Source: Mobula hypostoma
Lineage: Eukaryota
DNA length: 64,000 bases
NCBI RefSeq assembly: GCF_963921235.1
Contig: NC_086097.1
Location: forward strand, 27,468,001-27,532,000
Reading direction: 5' to 3'
Shown piece after piece: positions 49,351 through 62,123 of the stretch (positions within the stretch are counted from its first letter, which is position 1; every line of letters begins with the position of its first letter). Made by a program: the position numbers and the translations under genes. Under the pieces are notes generated by a model, which searched no databases, was not told the DNA's origin, and worked only from the letters and a program-made list of their open reading frames with translations.

Positions 49351-52300
49351 GGAAGCTGTAATGGTAAAGAGGGAACAGTGGTAATTGTCGAATTAATATT
49401 CTGCAACATCGTTAAAATTAGGTGAGATTCTTTATGGTGGTGATGGAGCTCCCCACCAGGGGTTCCAGCACCAAGAGCATCTTCAAAAGGCAATGCCTCC
49501 AAAAGGTGGCATCTATTATTAAGGACGCCTGGACCCCATTACCCAATAAAATTCCCTCTTCTCAGCTCTATCATCTGGGAAGAGGTACAAGAGCCCGAAG
49601 ACCCACACTCAACATTTTAGGAACAGCATCGTTCCTTCCTCTATCAGATTTCTGAGTGGACAATGAACTAACCCTAGAACACTACCTTAATATTTTTGCT
49701 TTCTTATATAATACAGTGGATTCCATTTGGCTGGGATATAATAGGGACCAGTACATTTTGCCCCAACTAGCTGAAGTTTCATGGAACTAGTTAAAAACAT
49801 ATAAAAAGGATAATCTAATCTTACCAGAGTAACAAATTATGTATTTAAATAAAATACAGAACAAATTAAAACACTACTAATACTACAGTACTATAAAATT
49901 GTATTAGTTCCCAATGGTTATCATTGGAGGAATTCATCCAATGCTTGCTGCTGTGTTCCTTTGATTGACTGTAAATGAACAAAATCAGCGCAAACACCTA
50001 GTGCCTTCATACAATGCTTTTGACAACTACATCCTCAAAATCTTCATTTTCATCGTAATATTCAAGATAAGTACCAATACTTTAAAATTCTTTGTAATTC
50101 CTAGCTTGTTAGAGTAATGAAATAATTTCATTTTCACTACCGGCAGTTTCTGGCTTCTCTAAAACTGAATGCTTTTTTTAAAACACTTTATTTTCAAAAT
50201 TTTCAAAAAAAAACAATGAAATCAAGAAAAACATACCAGCTCAGACATGTATAAAAATGAAATGAGCAAAAAAAGAGAAAGAGACATAATATTAGAGGGA
50301 TACCTATTGTACAAAGTGCTCAAAAATACTAAACATTAAATCTCAAATGAGGGCCATGAGGAATCAACTGGGGGGAAATTGCTCATCTGCCCCCAGCCTT
50401 ATCCAGGTAGGCAAGAAATGGATCCCAGATAGCTGAAAATTTTTTAATTGAATTAAAAACCTAAGTTTCTCCATCTGTATGACTGAGACCGTATCAGCCA
50501 TCCATCTCGAAAGGAAGGGGGAGAAGGTGATTTCCATTCCCTCAAGATAAGTCTTTTGGCAACAATCATCTCCAGCATAAGAGGCTGTTGTATGGCTGCA
50601 GGGAAACAAACAGTAGATTGTAAGCAGCCAAATATAGCGAGACCAGCTTCCAAGGGGAAGGATCTTTTATAGGCCTTTGAGTACCAGTCAAATACTTCGG
50701 ACCAAAATCCAGTCAGTAATGGGCAAAACCAAAAGGTGTGAGACAACGTGGCTTCCATCCCTTGGCGTCTACCACACATTGGTGAGACAGAAGGGTAAAT
50801 CCTGTGCAATCTAAATTTAGAGTAATGGAGACGGTGGACAACTTTAAACTGGATCAGCTGGTGCCTGCTGTTAACAGAGCAAGCCTGTATCGTAGACAAA
50901 CACTTATCCCAGGCAGCTTCAGATAATTCAATGCCCAACTCCTCTCTCCAGGCATCTCTAATCTTCACAGTAAACGCTACAGTGCAATTATCAAACAAAC
51001 ATACAAACTTAGAAACGAGATGCCTGGGGTCAGGAGGGTTCTTTAAAATATCAAAAAACATATGTTTCCCTGGAAGGATTTCAAAATTACAAATCTTAGA
51101 TTGAATGTAGTGTCTAATTAGTAAGTAACGAAAAAAGTGCGAGTGAGGCAGCTCAAATTTCTCTTTCAGCAGACTAAATGTTGTAAACCGTCCCTCTATG
51201 TACAGGTCTTCAATAGAAACTAGATTCTTCTCCCTCCAAGCATGGTAGGTTTTATCTGACCATCAGGGTACAAAGGAGTGATTGAAACAGATTGGTGTTT
51301 GTACAGAGGTCTCTGGTAAACTCAGAACGCTCCTAATCTGATTTAGAATTCTGATGGAATTTTTCAAAACAAAACTCAAACTTTTTGAAGTCCCAGGCTT
51401 CTCTAACTTAGAGAACAGCATGGCTGGCAAGGAAGAATTGACAACAGAGTTAGACTCCATACATAGCCCCCTGTTGCCAAAACATTAAAGCCCTAGCACT
51501 GACAGCCCAATAATAGTGTCTAAATACAGGTAATCCCAGCCCTCCTTCAGACTTGGGCTTTTGTAAGTGAATTTTTGAAATCCTGTGATTCTTATAATTC
51601 CAGATATTAGACAATATTATAAAAGTCCAATTCTTTAAAGAAAGCTGATGTAAGAAAAATGGGGAGATTTTGACAAAGATAGAGAAACCTAGGAAGGGAA
51701 ACCATTTTAACTGAATTTATATGACTAATCATGGACAGAGGTAGGGTTTTCCAACTTTCTATATTCTGTTTAAGTTTTGAAATAAACTCTGCGAAGTTTA
51801 ATTTGAATATTAATTTAGGATCTTTGGAGATTGTCAAGCCGAGATAAGTAAAGTGATCTTTAACTACTTTGAACAGGACACTTTCCAAAAAACCCCGCAT
51901 GTAGTCGTTGGAGAGGGGCACAAAGTCACTTTTTGTCCAATTGATTGAGTATCCCGATAGTCTGCCAGAAGAGGTGATTAAATCTAGAAGAAGAGGTACT
52001 GACTTTTCTGAGTTTTGTAACTAGAGTGTCACATCATCAGCATATAAACTAGTAAGTGTTTCAATACCTCCCACTTTCAAACCCAGAATATTTGGGTGAC
52101 TTCTTATTTTTAAGGGAAGGTGCTCTACCGTGACGGCAAAAAGGGCTGGCGAGAGAGGGCACCCCTGCTGGATTGAATGGTGTAGGGGAAACAGAGTTGA
52201 CTTATCACCATTAGTTATAACAGAACACATTGGGCCGGCGCATACCCAAGATACAAATGACTCCCAGAACCCAAACCTGTACAGTGACTCAAACATGTAA

Positions 52301-53598
52301 GGCCACTCAATCTGGTCAAAAGCCTTTTGTGCATCAAGGGATAAAATTGCTGCCCCATTAGCTTTCCCATGATCAGCATATATAGTATTAAGGAGGCATC
52401 TGACACTGGAAAAAGAGAACCTACCCAGGACAAATCCTGTCTGATCAGGATGAATAATAGATGACAAATACTTATTTAGTTGGTTAGCCAGCATTTTAGT
52501 AATTACCTTTCGATCGAAATTCTGAAGTGCAATGGGCCTATAGCTGGCCAGGTCTGTTTCCTCTTTAACTTTCTTTAAAATGAGGGAAATGTTAGCCTCG
52601 TACAATGTTCTAGGTAAGGCTTTATCTCTCTTCGAGCAAGATATCATTCTGAGGAGAAGTGGGGCAAGGATATCACAAAATTTCTTATAAAATTCACAGC
52701 CAAGTCCATCCGGCCCAGCAGCCTTGCCGGACGGAAATGAGTTAATGGCAGAAGTTATTTCTTCCAATGTGAAGTCAGAATCTAGGTCCTCCCTAGCAGC
52801 GTCACTAAGTTTTGGCATTACAAAAGAATCAAAGAAGTCACTCAAATCAGATTGAGTGGCATTGCATTTAGAGGTGTAGAGTTCACTGTAAAATTCTTTA
52901 AAACAGTCATTTATCTCCTTGGGGTTAGTTAACAGGGTACCTGCCCTCGACCTAATGCAATGAATTGACCTTAGGGCCTGGGCGCCCCTGAGCTGCTGCG
53001 CCAGGAGCCCCTCAGGCTTGTCCCCCATTTCGAAGTGCTTTTGTCTTAATTTTAAGAGGAGGTTATTTATTTGACTACCCAAGATACAATTGTACTCATA
53101 TTTAAGCTTCATTATTTTATTATAATCGTCAGAGGATTTCGAAGCCTGGTATGTCGCTTTGAGGGTTGGGAGAGTATTCTCAATCTCTAATAATCGCCCT
53201 TCTCTCTCCTGCTTAGCAGCGGATTCATATGAAATTATATACCACGAATTATAACTTTTAATGTCTCCCAGAGTGTGGAATCTGACACCTCGCTGTAATC
53301 GTTAATTTCTATAAAATCTTTTAATCTGGTGGTGATATATTCTATAAATTTCTTATTAGCGAGTAGGGAGGGGTTAAAACGCCAGGAATAAATTTGTTTG
53401 GAAGGGGAGAGATTTAGGGACATTGTCAAGGGGCTATGGTCAGAAATTAATCTATTATGATATTTTGTATTGGTAACACGAGATATTAAATGAGAGTCGA
53501 CCAAAAAATAGTCTATTCTACTATAAGATTTGTGTACATGAGAATAATAAGAATAGTCCTTGTCGGTGGGATGTTGAACTTGCCAAATATCTACCAAT

Positions 53599-54287
53599 AG
53601 GAGGAGAAGAAGATGGCAGCGCGACGCAGGGCGCGCGGCCGCTTCGGTGGTGATGTCTGTTATTTGTCAAGTAGGGGACTGTGCACAATTCTGATTTGAC
53701 GGAGACAGATGTGAGAGTACGGAGGAACATCTGGAGAAACTTCTGAAATGCCCACTTCGCTGCCGCTGTTACTGTGTGATCCTGAATCTCCAGAGGGGAA
53801 GGCCCCGAATCCTCAGCTTTGCTTGTTTTGGCGGCCAGGACAAGGTCAAAGGTGCTCGGCAGAGGATGGCGCTCGGGAGGCTGTATCGAAGGGGCTGGTC
53901 GGAGGCTCGAAGTTTATGGACGAACGAACTCAGTGTCAGCTGTGGTCGGCTGCTTCCAAGGCATCGGCAAGTTGTTGGTGCCTGGAGGTTTATGGCAGGG
54001 AGTTTCTCCCTTTGCTGCCTGCTATCAGGGACTCGGGAGTCGATCGACTCGGGACTTTGAGACTTTTTTACCGTGCCCATTGTCTGTTCTTTATCAAATT
54101 ATGGTATTGCTTTGCACTGCTGTAACTACTTGTTATAATTATGTGGTTCTGTCAGTGTTAGTCTTTGGTTTGTCCTGTTTTTCTGTGATATCACTCTGGA
54201 GGAACATTGTATCATTTCTTAATGCATGCATGCATTTCTAAATGACAATAAACGAGGATTGAGTGTTCTCATAATCTAAAAAAAAAA
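53599..54287 (+). mobile_element. CpG-rich non-coding poly(A)-tailed element inserted in the L1 endonuclease region
   Basis: Interrupts L1 ORF2 between LNNLIRSG and LVDIW. Starts aggagaagaagatggcagcgcgacgcag and ends AATAAA...ctaaaaaaaaaa. Confidence 0.7.
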
Positions 54288-54358
54288 TTCCCAGATCTAA
54301 TCAAATTATTTAGGACCTGCACTGACATGATATTTGAGGGTGGGTGGGAGAACAATCT

Positions 54359-55027
54359 TTCTTTATAAATCTTTTTATTGAATAAGTATACAAAAAGGTA
54401 AGCCATATAAACATTAATACAATGTTAAAATATAATAAAATTCCAGAAGGTATCAATACCAAAAAAAAATACTACAAACAATGTAATTTAAACATAAGAA
54501 ACCAAGATAACATAATAGTATACTAAATTTTATATATATCAATAGAAAAAAAGAAAAAAAACCCCCAAAAAAAACCCACCGTGCAACTAACTAAAAGCAA
54601 AGCAAAGCAATGGGCTAACTTGAAACCAAACAGAGTTAAACTTAAAATCACGTCCTCAATCCCGACCTCCATTAAAAACAGTGAGAAAAAAACAAGAAGG
54701 GTATATATTACATTAAATGAAAATATCGAATAAAAGGTCTCCAAATCTGTTCAAATTTAAATGAAGAATCATAAAGGTTACTTCTAATTTTCTCCAGATT
54801 CAAACATAAAATCGTCTGAGAGAACCAAAAAAAGGTAGTTGGAGCATTAAGCTCTTTCCAATGTTGTAAAATACATCTTTTCGCCATTAAAGTAAGAAAT
54901 GCAATCATTCTACGGGCTGAAGGGGAAAGATTACTAGAAATTTTAGGTAGTCCAAAGATAGCAGTAATAGGGTGAGGAGAGATATCTATATTTAATACCT
55001 TAGAAATAATATTAAAAATATCTCTCC
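54359..55027 (-). mobile_element. 3' fragment of a second L1 family nested in L1
   Basis: ORF 54708..54908, AKRCILQHWK...EKIR..FEQIWRPF. Perfect 17-bp TSD gggtgggagaacaatct at 54342-54358 and 55028-55044. Confidence 0.9.
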
Positions 55028-55901
55028 GGGTGGGAGAACAATCTATCTAAATATGGATCCAGGTAGCAATTCAAGTCACCGCCGATTATTATATTTGAAT
55101 TACTGGCATCCGGAAGTAAGTCAAAAACTTTCCTAAAAAATTTGGCTCGTCTGTGTTTGGACCATAAATATTAAGGAAGGTTAGCGGAAACGAATTAATG
55201 GTGCCAGAGATCATAATAAACCTGCTGACAGAATCTGTGGTCACGGAAGTGAGTTGAAATGGACTATTTTTCCTAAAGAGGATAGCCACACCATGAGCAT
55301 GAGAAGTAAATGGTGACTGGTAAACCTGCGATACCCAGCTAGATCTCAATTTGCGTTGCTCAGTTACTTTGATACGGGTTTCCTGTAGAAAAATCATACC
55401 TGCAGATAGAGATTTGAGACGTCTAAAAACTTTATCCCTCTTAACAACATGACCAAGGCCCTTAACATTCCATGAGACTATTGTAATATCCTTACCCCCC
55501 AGCTGTGTTCTACTGCAAGGCCTCTGCATATGAGAATAAAAAAGAGATTATTAGAGTTGAGCACAAACTTAGTAAACAATGCAAAATAACTGGCAGCCTC
55601 ATAAGAACACAATATACACAAAAAAAAACATGTCTGAGCTATAAACAGGAACAACACACACCCTAACCCACCAGCCCTTCGTGTCTCCCTAAACCAGACA
55701 CATAGTTTCCCATTTCCATCTCAAAAGGAGCTGCTGGGCAGGTAACTAACATTACACAATTATCACAAACCCCCCTCCGAGAAAATTTATAACACAAATT
55801 ATATAATACCGTTAAACAAATGCTATTAAGGCTGGGGAGAATTATCCAATGTTCGCACCTGAAGCTGAACATTCATGACACCAACTCAAATTTAACCCTT
55901 A

Positions 55902-56991
55902 CAAGACAATGGGGTGACTCATTGGGGCACGCTTTGAGAGAAGGGTAGTGCAGTCTGATGTGACCAGAATGAACATTAAATTTTCCTGAATGCTATTGGT
56001 ATCGCTTTGCTTTGGAAACTGAAGCAGAAAACCTCAGTTTATTAAAGAAGAATGACACGTAGGAAAGCAAATATAGCTCCTCTTCGTTTAATGAAGGACA
56101 CTTTTGATGGCATCATTTCTGGTTTATCTGCCACCCTTGTGCCTCTTGTTGTCATTCTGGAGACGTGCAGTCCTTTCATCCCCCCTCTCTTCATCTCTTC
56201 TGCTGTCTGTTGTTTGTCTCTGATCCTGGAGACGTGCATGCCTCTCCTCCTCTGTCTCTTCTTCTCTCATCTTTTTTTGTCCTGACTCTTTGATCCTGGA
56301 GTCGTACGGCCCTGGCCTCATCCAATTCTTGTTCTCTCCCTCTCCTTGCTGCTTCCCGACGACGTTTGGCATCATCTCTTGACTATAATGTCCCCCTTCC
56401 CTTTCCATGCAGCATAATTAGGCTGACCATTTTTTCCTACCCTAAAACTGGATAGAAGATACGAAGCAGTAACACCAAGAGATGCTGGTTATTCTTGATG
56501 ATGTGGTTGGCGCTCTTCTAAATGGACGTGATATGGTTACCGCTGTCCTTTGACTGTAGCAAAGGGTTTTATGGGTGTCTTGGAGTACGTCATTACAATA
56601 AGATTTAATTATCTCTTATTGATGGGTGGCAGTTAGATCTGTCCCAATCCTGCACATGCTGATGGAGATTAGCAAAATGTGACCCCTCGAAATAGAGCTG
56701 CCCTGCCCTTTTGCTCCGGTAGGTGTCGCTGCTGAGGTTGGCTGTGCGCATGTGTCGGGCTGTCGCGTGCCGATTTACATGATGGCACGATCGTCTCTTG
56801 AGTCAAAGCGAGCTTGTTGATTTTGGTGAATGAGCAATTTTATACGAATTTATAACCCTGAACTTTGCATTCTGTAAGTTAGCACATTTTAATTCGATTT
56901 AGCCAAAAAAGTGCCATTGTAATGCACCGTTTGCACTAATTGGAGGTCACAAACAGACAGACAGAGCATGAGAATTTTAGTAGTATATAGA
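55902..56991 (-). mobile_element. Non-autonomous Helitron in the L1 inter-ORF region
   Basis: 5' end A|TCTATATACTACTAAAA. 3' imperfect hairpin CAATGAGTCACCCCATTG followed by T-CTTG|T (CTAG-like, one mismatch). A|T insertion site with no TSD. Internal charged repeats ETEEERHARLQDQRQ / DERTARLQND resemble RepHel N-termini. Confidence 0.75.
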
Positions 56992-59829
56992 TAATAACAA
57001 AAATATTTAGAACATTCTCTGCAATTAAATCCCAGTGTGGCATACAGCATTGCAAAACTACATATAACAGGCAAGTCTCTCTCCTCATCCCGATATGGAA
57101 ACCGGCACAAGTATAAGCTGAATAAACAGTGTCAATATATCTACTCCCTTTTGAGTGCATTATTCCTTTCCAAGAATTGTGCTGCTTCTATTGGGTCATC
57201 GTATACTTTAGGCCCTCTTCCATCTTGATGGTAAATATAGAGCCTAGCTGGATACTGCGGGGTGTGCTTGATTCCTCCATCGCGCAGAGTTTGCAGTACA
57301 TCACGAAAGGCACGATGTTGAGTCATCACCTCTTTAGTATAGTCCGGGAAGATCAAGACCTTACTTCCCTTTTACTCCATGAGTTGTAGTCTGCTGTGGC
57401 ACAGGATCAGCTCTTTCACTTGAAAGTGATGGATACGTGCCAAGATGGTGCGCAGTTTAGCGCCAGCAGCTGACTTTGGCTGGAGAGAGCAATGCGCGCC
57501 ATCGACTTTAACCAGATATGGGAAATGCTCTTCCCTGAGCAACTTGGGAATCAGTCTGGAAACAAATTCAGTAGGTTTACCATCCTCCTTGCCCTCTTGT
57601 ATCCCTACAATCTTAATATTATGTCTCAGGGAATGAGCCTCTAAGTCATGCACTTTAGGTTCAAGCTGGCTATTTTGTCTCATTAGCTTTGAGTACTTAG
57701 CTTTAAGCTCTTGCATGCGTGTTTCAAGGTCACTTGTGGTTAGTTTTTGATTAGCCACACGGGCTTGTAAGTCAGCCTGGGAGGCCACAAGCGCCTCAAA
57801 CTTGGTCTCAAAAAATCAAAGCGGTTGTTAATGCCGCACAGAACTGACTCAGAAATCTCCTGACCAAATTCCTTGCACATGGCGTCAGTTTTATCCGGCG
57901 GTATCTCAGACGCGGAGAAGTTCTTTACCGACCCGTTGTTAGCACTAACTTCGGTAGTTTGGCAGTCAGCGGTCTTGGCTTTATTTGCCTTCGACATTGT
58001 CAAACTTTTCCAGACACTTAGTTTAGACATACACTGTTGGCCTATGAATGAATAAAACACGGTATAATAGTAATTTTATCGAGGCCTCGGACAGGAGACC
58101 AACACGTCTAATCCATACGCATGCGCACTAGCGCCCCCAAAACTGAATTCTTGAAACCACAGTGAGCAAAACAGTTCTTGGTTGTCTTATTGCTTTCTTC
58201 TCACCAACTATCAGTGATAAAATCACTGCTTTTTAAACACAAACATATGCAACTGATGCTACTCAGAAACTGCTTTTAGTCTAAGCATGTCTAATGGCCA
58301 CATAGGTGCATGTGACTACGCTAGTCAGAAACTGTTTGGCAACAGTTTCCTGTCCCAGTTAAGCAGCATAGTATCTCAAATAAACAAAGGAAATCCCGAC
58401 TAATTTCTCGATTAGTTTTTGTTCTTTAAGAGTTGTTCCAAAGAAGCAGCTGCGCGTGAGTAACTGATGGTCCAATGAACCGGAATCTATTGTATATCCA
58501 TTCTTATTAGTTGCTTATTATAATTTATAGTATTTTTTATGTATTGCACTGTAAAACAACAAACTTTACAAAAAATATCAGTGATATTAAACCTAATTCT
58601 GATTCTGTTTCTGGCTTCCGTGTGACTGATACAAAGTATGGGGAAAAGGGGAAAGCCTCAGCCAGATATTTAATGTTGCGGCAGACTCTGCCTTGAATTC
58701 AACATTACTCTTGCAGTGACAATTTAATTATGCTAGGCTGCAGTATTTTAAGTAACTATAATTACAAAAGCAAAAACTTGAATTGGAAAAAAAACTTTGT
58801 GATTAGGAGCCGAGAACTCTTGCAGATGAACTTCCTTGTAATTTTTGCTCATCATGAGACTGGTCACTTGGTGACATCAGTCCCGATTCTGTTCCTGAGT
58901 GCTCATTACTGAGAAGGGATTACTTAATATGAGACGGAATTAGCAGCAGGCATGGTTGATATATCACCTTGAGCCTTTCAACAAAGGGAGTTATGCTGGG
59001 GAAATCAAAAGCTCAACATCTGTGACTCCAGGAGTCCACTGGAGGCTGGCAGCCAAACAAGACAGCCTGACTGGGGATAGAGGACAGTGAATATGCATTG
59101 GAAGGGAGGAACGAGGCTTGTTTTGCTATTGTTACTTTGTTGTTTGGTATTCTCTATTTCGTTCGGATTTGTATTGTTCTGCTGACCATTCTGGACATGC
59201 TATGTTGTGTCACTTGCAGGCTGCCGCCAGCACATTCTTAGGTGTACTGGTTATTAATACAAATGACCTATTTTACTATATGTTTCGATATACAGTACAT
59301 CTGATAAATAAATAAATCTGAACCTGAAACTTCTAATCAAAAGTTGGAAATAGTGGCTAATTCTCATTTCTCTCTAAACAGTCTGTGGCATCAAGGCTGA
59401 CACTGGTGTTAGCTGGAAAATTCATGACTTTTGGCTACAAAGATGATATCAAACTAGAGGGTGCACAATGATGTTGCCTGGACTGGCAAACTTGAGTTAT
59501 GATTAGACTGACTGGGTCTGTTTTCTCTGAAGTAAAGGAGACTGAGAGATGACCTGACAGATGCATACAGAATTACGAAGCATAAACAGTCAGTGTCCGT
59601 TTGCAGTGATAGGAGTGTCTACAACTAGAGGGCAAAGGTTTAAGGTGAAAGGGAGGAAGTTTAAAGGAGAATTTAAAAATGTGACACAAATAAACCCTTG
59701 GTCAAAGAGTTGAGTTACAAGGACACTCAAGAGGTGAGGAGACAATGGGGATAGATAGAGAAGAGATAAATGAACTGCCTCATGTTACTTTAAGTGAATG
59801 GGCAGCAGCAGTGAGACATTTACAGCAGC

Positions 59830-60195
59830 TGAACCTACTGAATATTGAAAGGCCTAGATAGAGTGCACATAAGAGGATGTTTCCTATAGTGGGAAACTGT
59901 AGGACCAGAGGGCACAGCCTCAAAATACAAGGATGTCCCTTTACAACAGAGATAAGGAGGAATTTTTTTAGCCAGAAGGTGGTGAATCTGTGGAATTCAT
60001 TACCATGGACAGCCGTGGAGGCCAAGCCATTGGGTATATTTAAAGTGGAGGTTGGTGTGTTCTTGATTAGTAAGGGTTACAAGGAGAAGGCAGAAGAATG
60101 GGGTTAAAAGAGATAATAATCAACCATAATGGAATGGCGAAACAGACTCAATGAGCTGAATGAACAAATTCTGCTCTTGTGTTTTATGGTCTTAT
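59830..60195 (+). mobile_element. CR1 3' fragment; similar pieces at ~59455-59680 (+), 61585-61967 (+), 62905-63385 (-) and 44300-44750 (-)
   Basis: MFPIVGNCRTRGHSLKI..RRNFFSQKVVNLWNSLP plus a CR1 3' UTR. Confidence 0.8.
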
Positions 60196-60331
60196 CTCAG
60201 AAAGTGACGGTATGTGTTGATACCTAACATTGTTTCACTCTTCACTCCTCACTCCCAAGGAATGCTCTTAAGTACAGTGAATATAACGTCACAGTAAGCT
60301 TTATTCATTGCCATTTGGATTAAGTACTCAC

Positions 60332-60492
60332 ATGAAGTGTTCAGGGTATTCACTTAGTGCCATATCAATGATGTTTATAGCATCGTGGTAGTGCTTCTGG
60401 GCTGACAGGAGCAATGCCAATAAGTGTAAAGAGTTCACATCATCCCCCTGCAGCTGCAAGGCTTGTCGGACGTAACCCAATGCTTCTGGGAT
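60332..60492 (-). CDS. TTC7B: TTC7B internal coding exon (161 bp), IPEALGYVRQALQLQGDDVNSLHLLALLLSAQKHYHDAINIIDMALSEYPEHF(I)
   Basis: Lies within ORF 60328..60537. Boundaries are tttgcag|ATC CCA...TTC AT|gtgagt. Near-identical to the recalled TTC7B TPR segment; ends in phase 2. Confidence 0.95.
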
Positions 60493-60960
60493 CTGCAAAC
60501 AATAAATGAGTGTGGGACAGAGCAAACATCCTGGCATTCAAGGAAATCCTCCTAATTCACGGTGCTCATATTAGCTTTCAGTCTTGTAAATGCTGGATTG
60601 CCTACTCCTAATGTTCAAACAAACAATTATAATAAAAACCACATTTGGTATGAGTTTGGGGATGGGTAAAAGCAATGGACATTCACAGCTGCCTATGCAA
60701 TCTTCTCCCACCCCCAACATCAAACTCATCGCCTATTGATTTACATTAAATAAAATCAACTGAGATACTGTACATTTTTTACTGTTTCTGGAGGATTTAT
60801 TCTCACCTTATGGCAATTTTCCCCTCCTATTTGTTCTCTTGGTTACCTTTTGATCAAAAATTGTATTCCTGCTCCCTCACTGGCTACATTATAATGCTTC
60901 TAAAAAGCTATCAATATCAGCAACTAAAGTCATTAATTACTACAAGACCTTTTCTCTAAA

Positions 60961-61202
60961 TGCAACATGCACAAAGTACTGGAGGAACTCAACAGGTCAG
61001 GCAGCGTCTATGGAGACGAATAAACAGTTGGTGTTTTGGGCTGAGATCCTTCATTAGAATCTACTAGTTATTAGATCTGGATGAAGGGTGTTGGCCCAAA
61101 ACATTGACAGTTCATTCCCCTCCATAGATGCCTATCTTGTTGAGTTCCTCCAGCGTTCTGTGTGTGTTACTCCAGATTTCCAGCATGTGGAGAGTCTCTT
61201 GT
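60961..61202. repeat. Inverted pair of decayed Penelope pLTR/hammerhead modules (~100-bp arms, ~10-nt spacer)
   Basis: 60961-61061 is the approximate reverse complement of 61073-61170. The plus arm reads ggatgaagggtgttggcccaaaacattgac...catagatgc. Confidence 0.75.
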
Positions 61203-62050
61203 ACTTCCCCTAAATGGCCTGGGACAGCACAGATCAGTGGGTCATATGGTCTGGAGTCTTCTGCAGGCCAGACTAGGCAAGGATGTCAGGTTATGTACTC
61301 TGAACAGCAATGGTAAATGATGTGACTTTTTACAACACTGCACTTTTTGAGAGCACAGATCACCATATTTTTAAATTTACTTCACTATATTCCAAAAATA
61401 GGTTTGGAACTCAGTTTTTGCACTGCTGCTTCAATAGCTTACCCACTACAATGTTCTGTTGTCACATCGCTCCAATAAGCAATATTAGTGTAGATTAGGC
61501 AATAAGGGTCAGCGAGGATGTGTTGAGTCAAACAGCCGGTATCTGTGTTTTAGTTCAGTGCTAAGGCTTAATACTCACCGAAGATTAAAAGAATGGGGGA
61601 GCCAATTTCATTGAAACCATTTGAATACTGTAAGGCTTAGATAGAGCAGACAAACAATGTTTCCAATAGTGGGTGAATCTAGTACCAGAGGGCAAAGACT
61701 CAGAATAAGATGTCCCTTTAGAACAGAGTTGAGGAGGAATTTCTTTACCCAGAGGGGGGAGAATCCGTGGAATTTATTGTCACAAATAGCAGTGGAAGCC
61801 AAGTCATTAGGTATATCTAAAGTGGAGGTTGATAGGTTGTTGATTAGTAAGGCGTCAAAGAAGACAAGAAAATGGGGCTGAGAAGGAAAGTAAATCAGTC
61901 GTGATGGAACAGCAGGGCTGATTTGATGGTCTGAATAGCCTAATTCTGCTCCTGTGTCTTATGGTTTAAAAAAATTTTGACTGTACCTTAGCAAGTGAGT
62001 CACAGATAACTGAACATGTCAAAGACAGAAAGGCAAGGCCCAGTTCTTAC

Positions 62051-62123
62051 CTGCCTTGATATGGCAAGTTGAAGAGCCAGGTAGAACGCAGCCAGATGAT
62101 CAGTTGGAGACAATCCATATGCC
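62051..62123 (-). CDS. TTC7B: TTC7B internal coding exon (73 bp), (R)AYGLSPTDHLAAFYLALQLAISRQ
   Basis: Minus strand reads cctcag|G GCA TAT GGA...AGG CAG|gtaaga. The peptide matches the TPR region of vertebrate TTC7B as recalled (RAHSLSPTDHQAAFYLALQLAISRQ). It ends in phase 0, fitting the next exon. Not in the ORF track. Confidence 0.93.

Larger units (their letters stand above)
50175..58138 (-). mobile_element. Full-length decayed L1 LINE with three nested insertions
   Basis: 5' end GGGGGCGCTAGTGCGCATGCG. ORF1 at ~57110-57996 (HNIKIVGIQEG, IFPDYT..YPARL). ORF2 has EN (SWNVKGL, IFLQET, SRIDYF, ISDHSP), RT (LDAQKAFD, YADDV) and a C-terminal Cys region. AATAAA plus poly(A). TSD aaaactgaat(g/t)ctt at 50161-50174 and 58139-58152. 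Confidence 0.92.
49714..58492. mobile_element. Old TA-flanked Tigger-like DNA element (own sequence ~49714-50174 and 58139-58492), split by a full-length L1
   Basis: Imperfect TIRs TA-cagtggattcc... and ...ccggaatctattg-TA. The host sequence rejoins at the L1 TSD. Confidence 0.55.
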
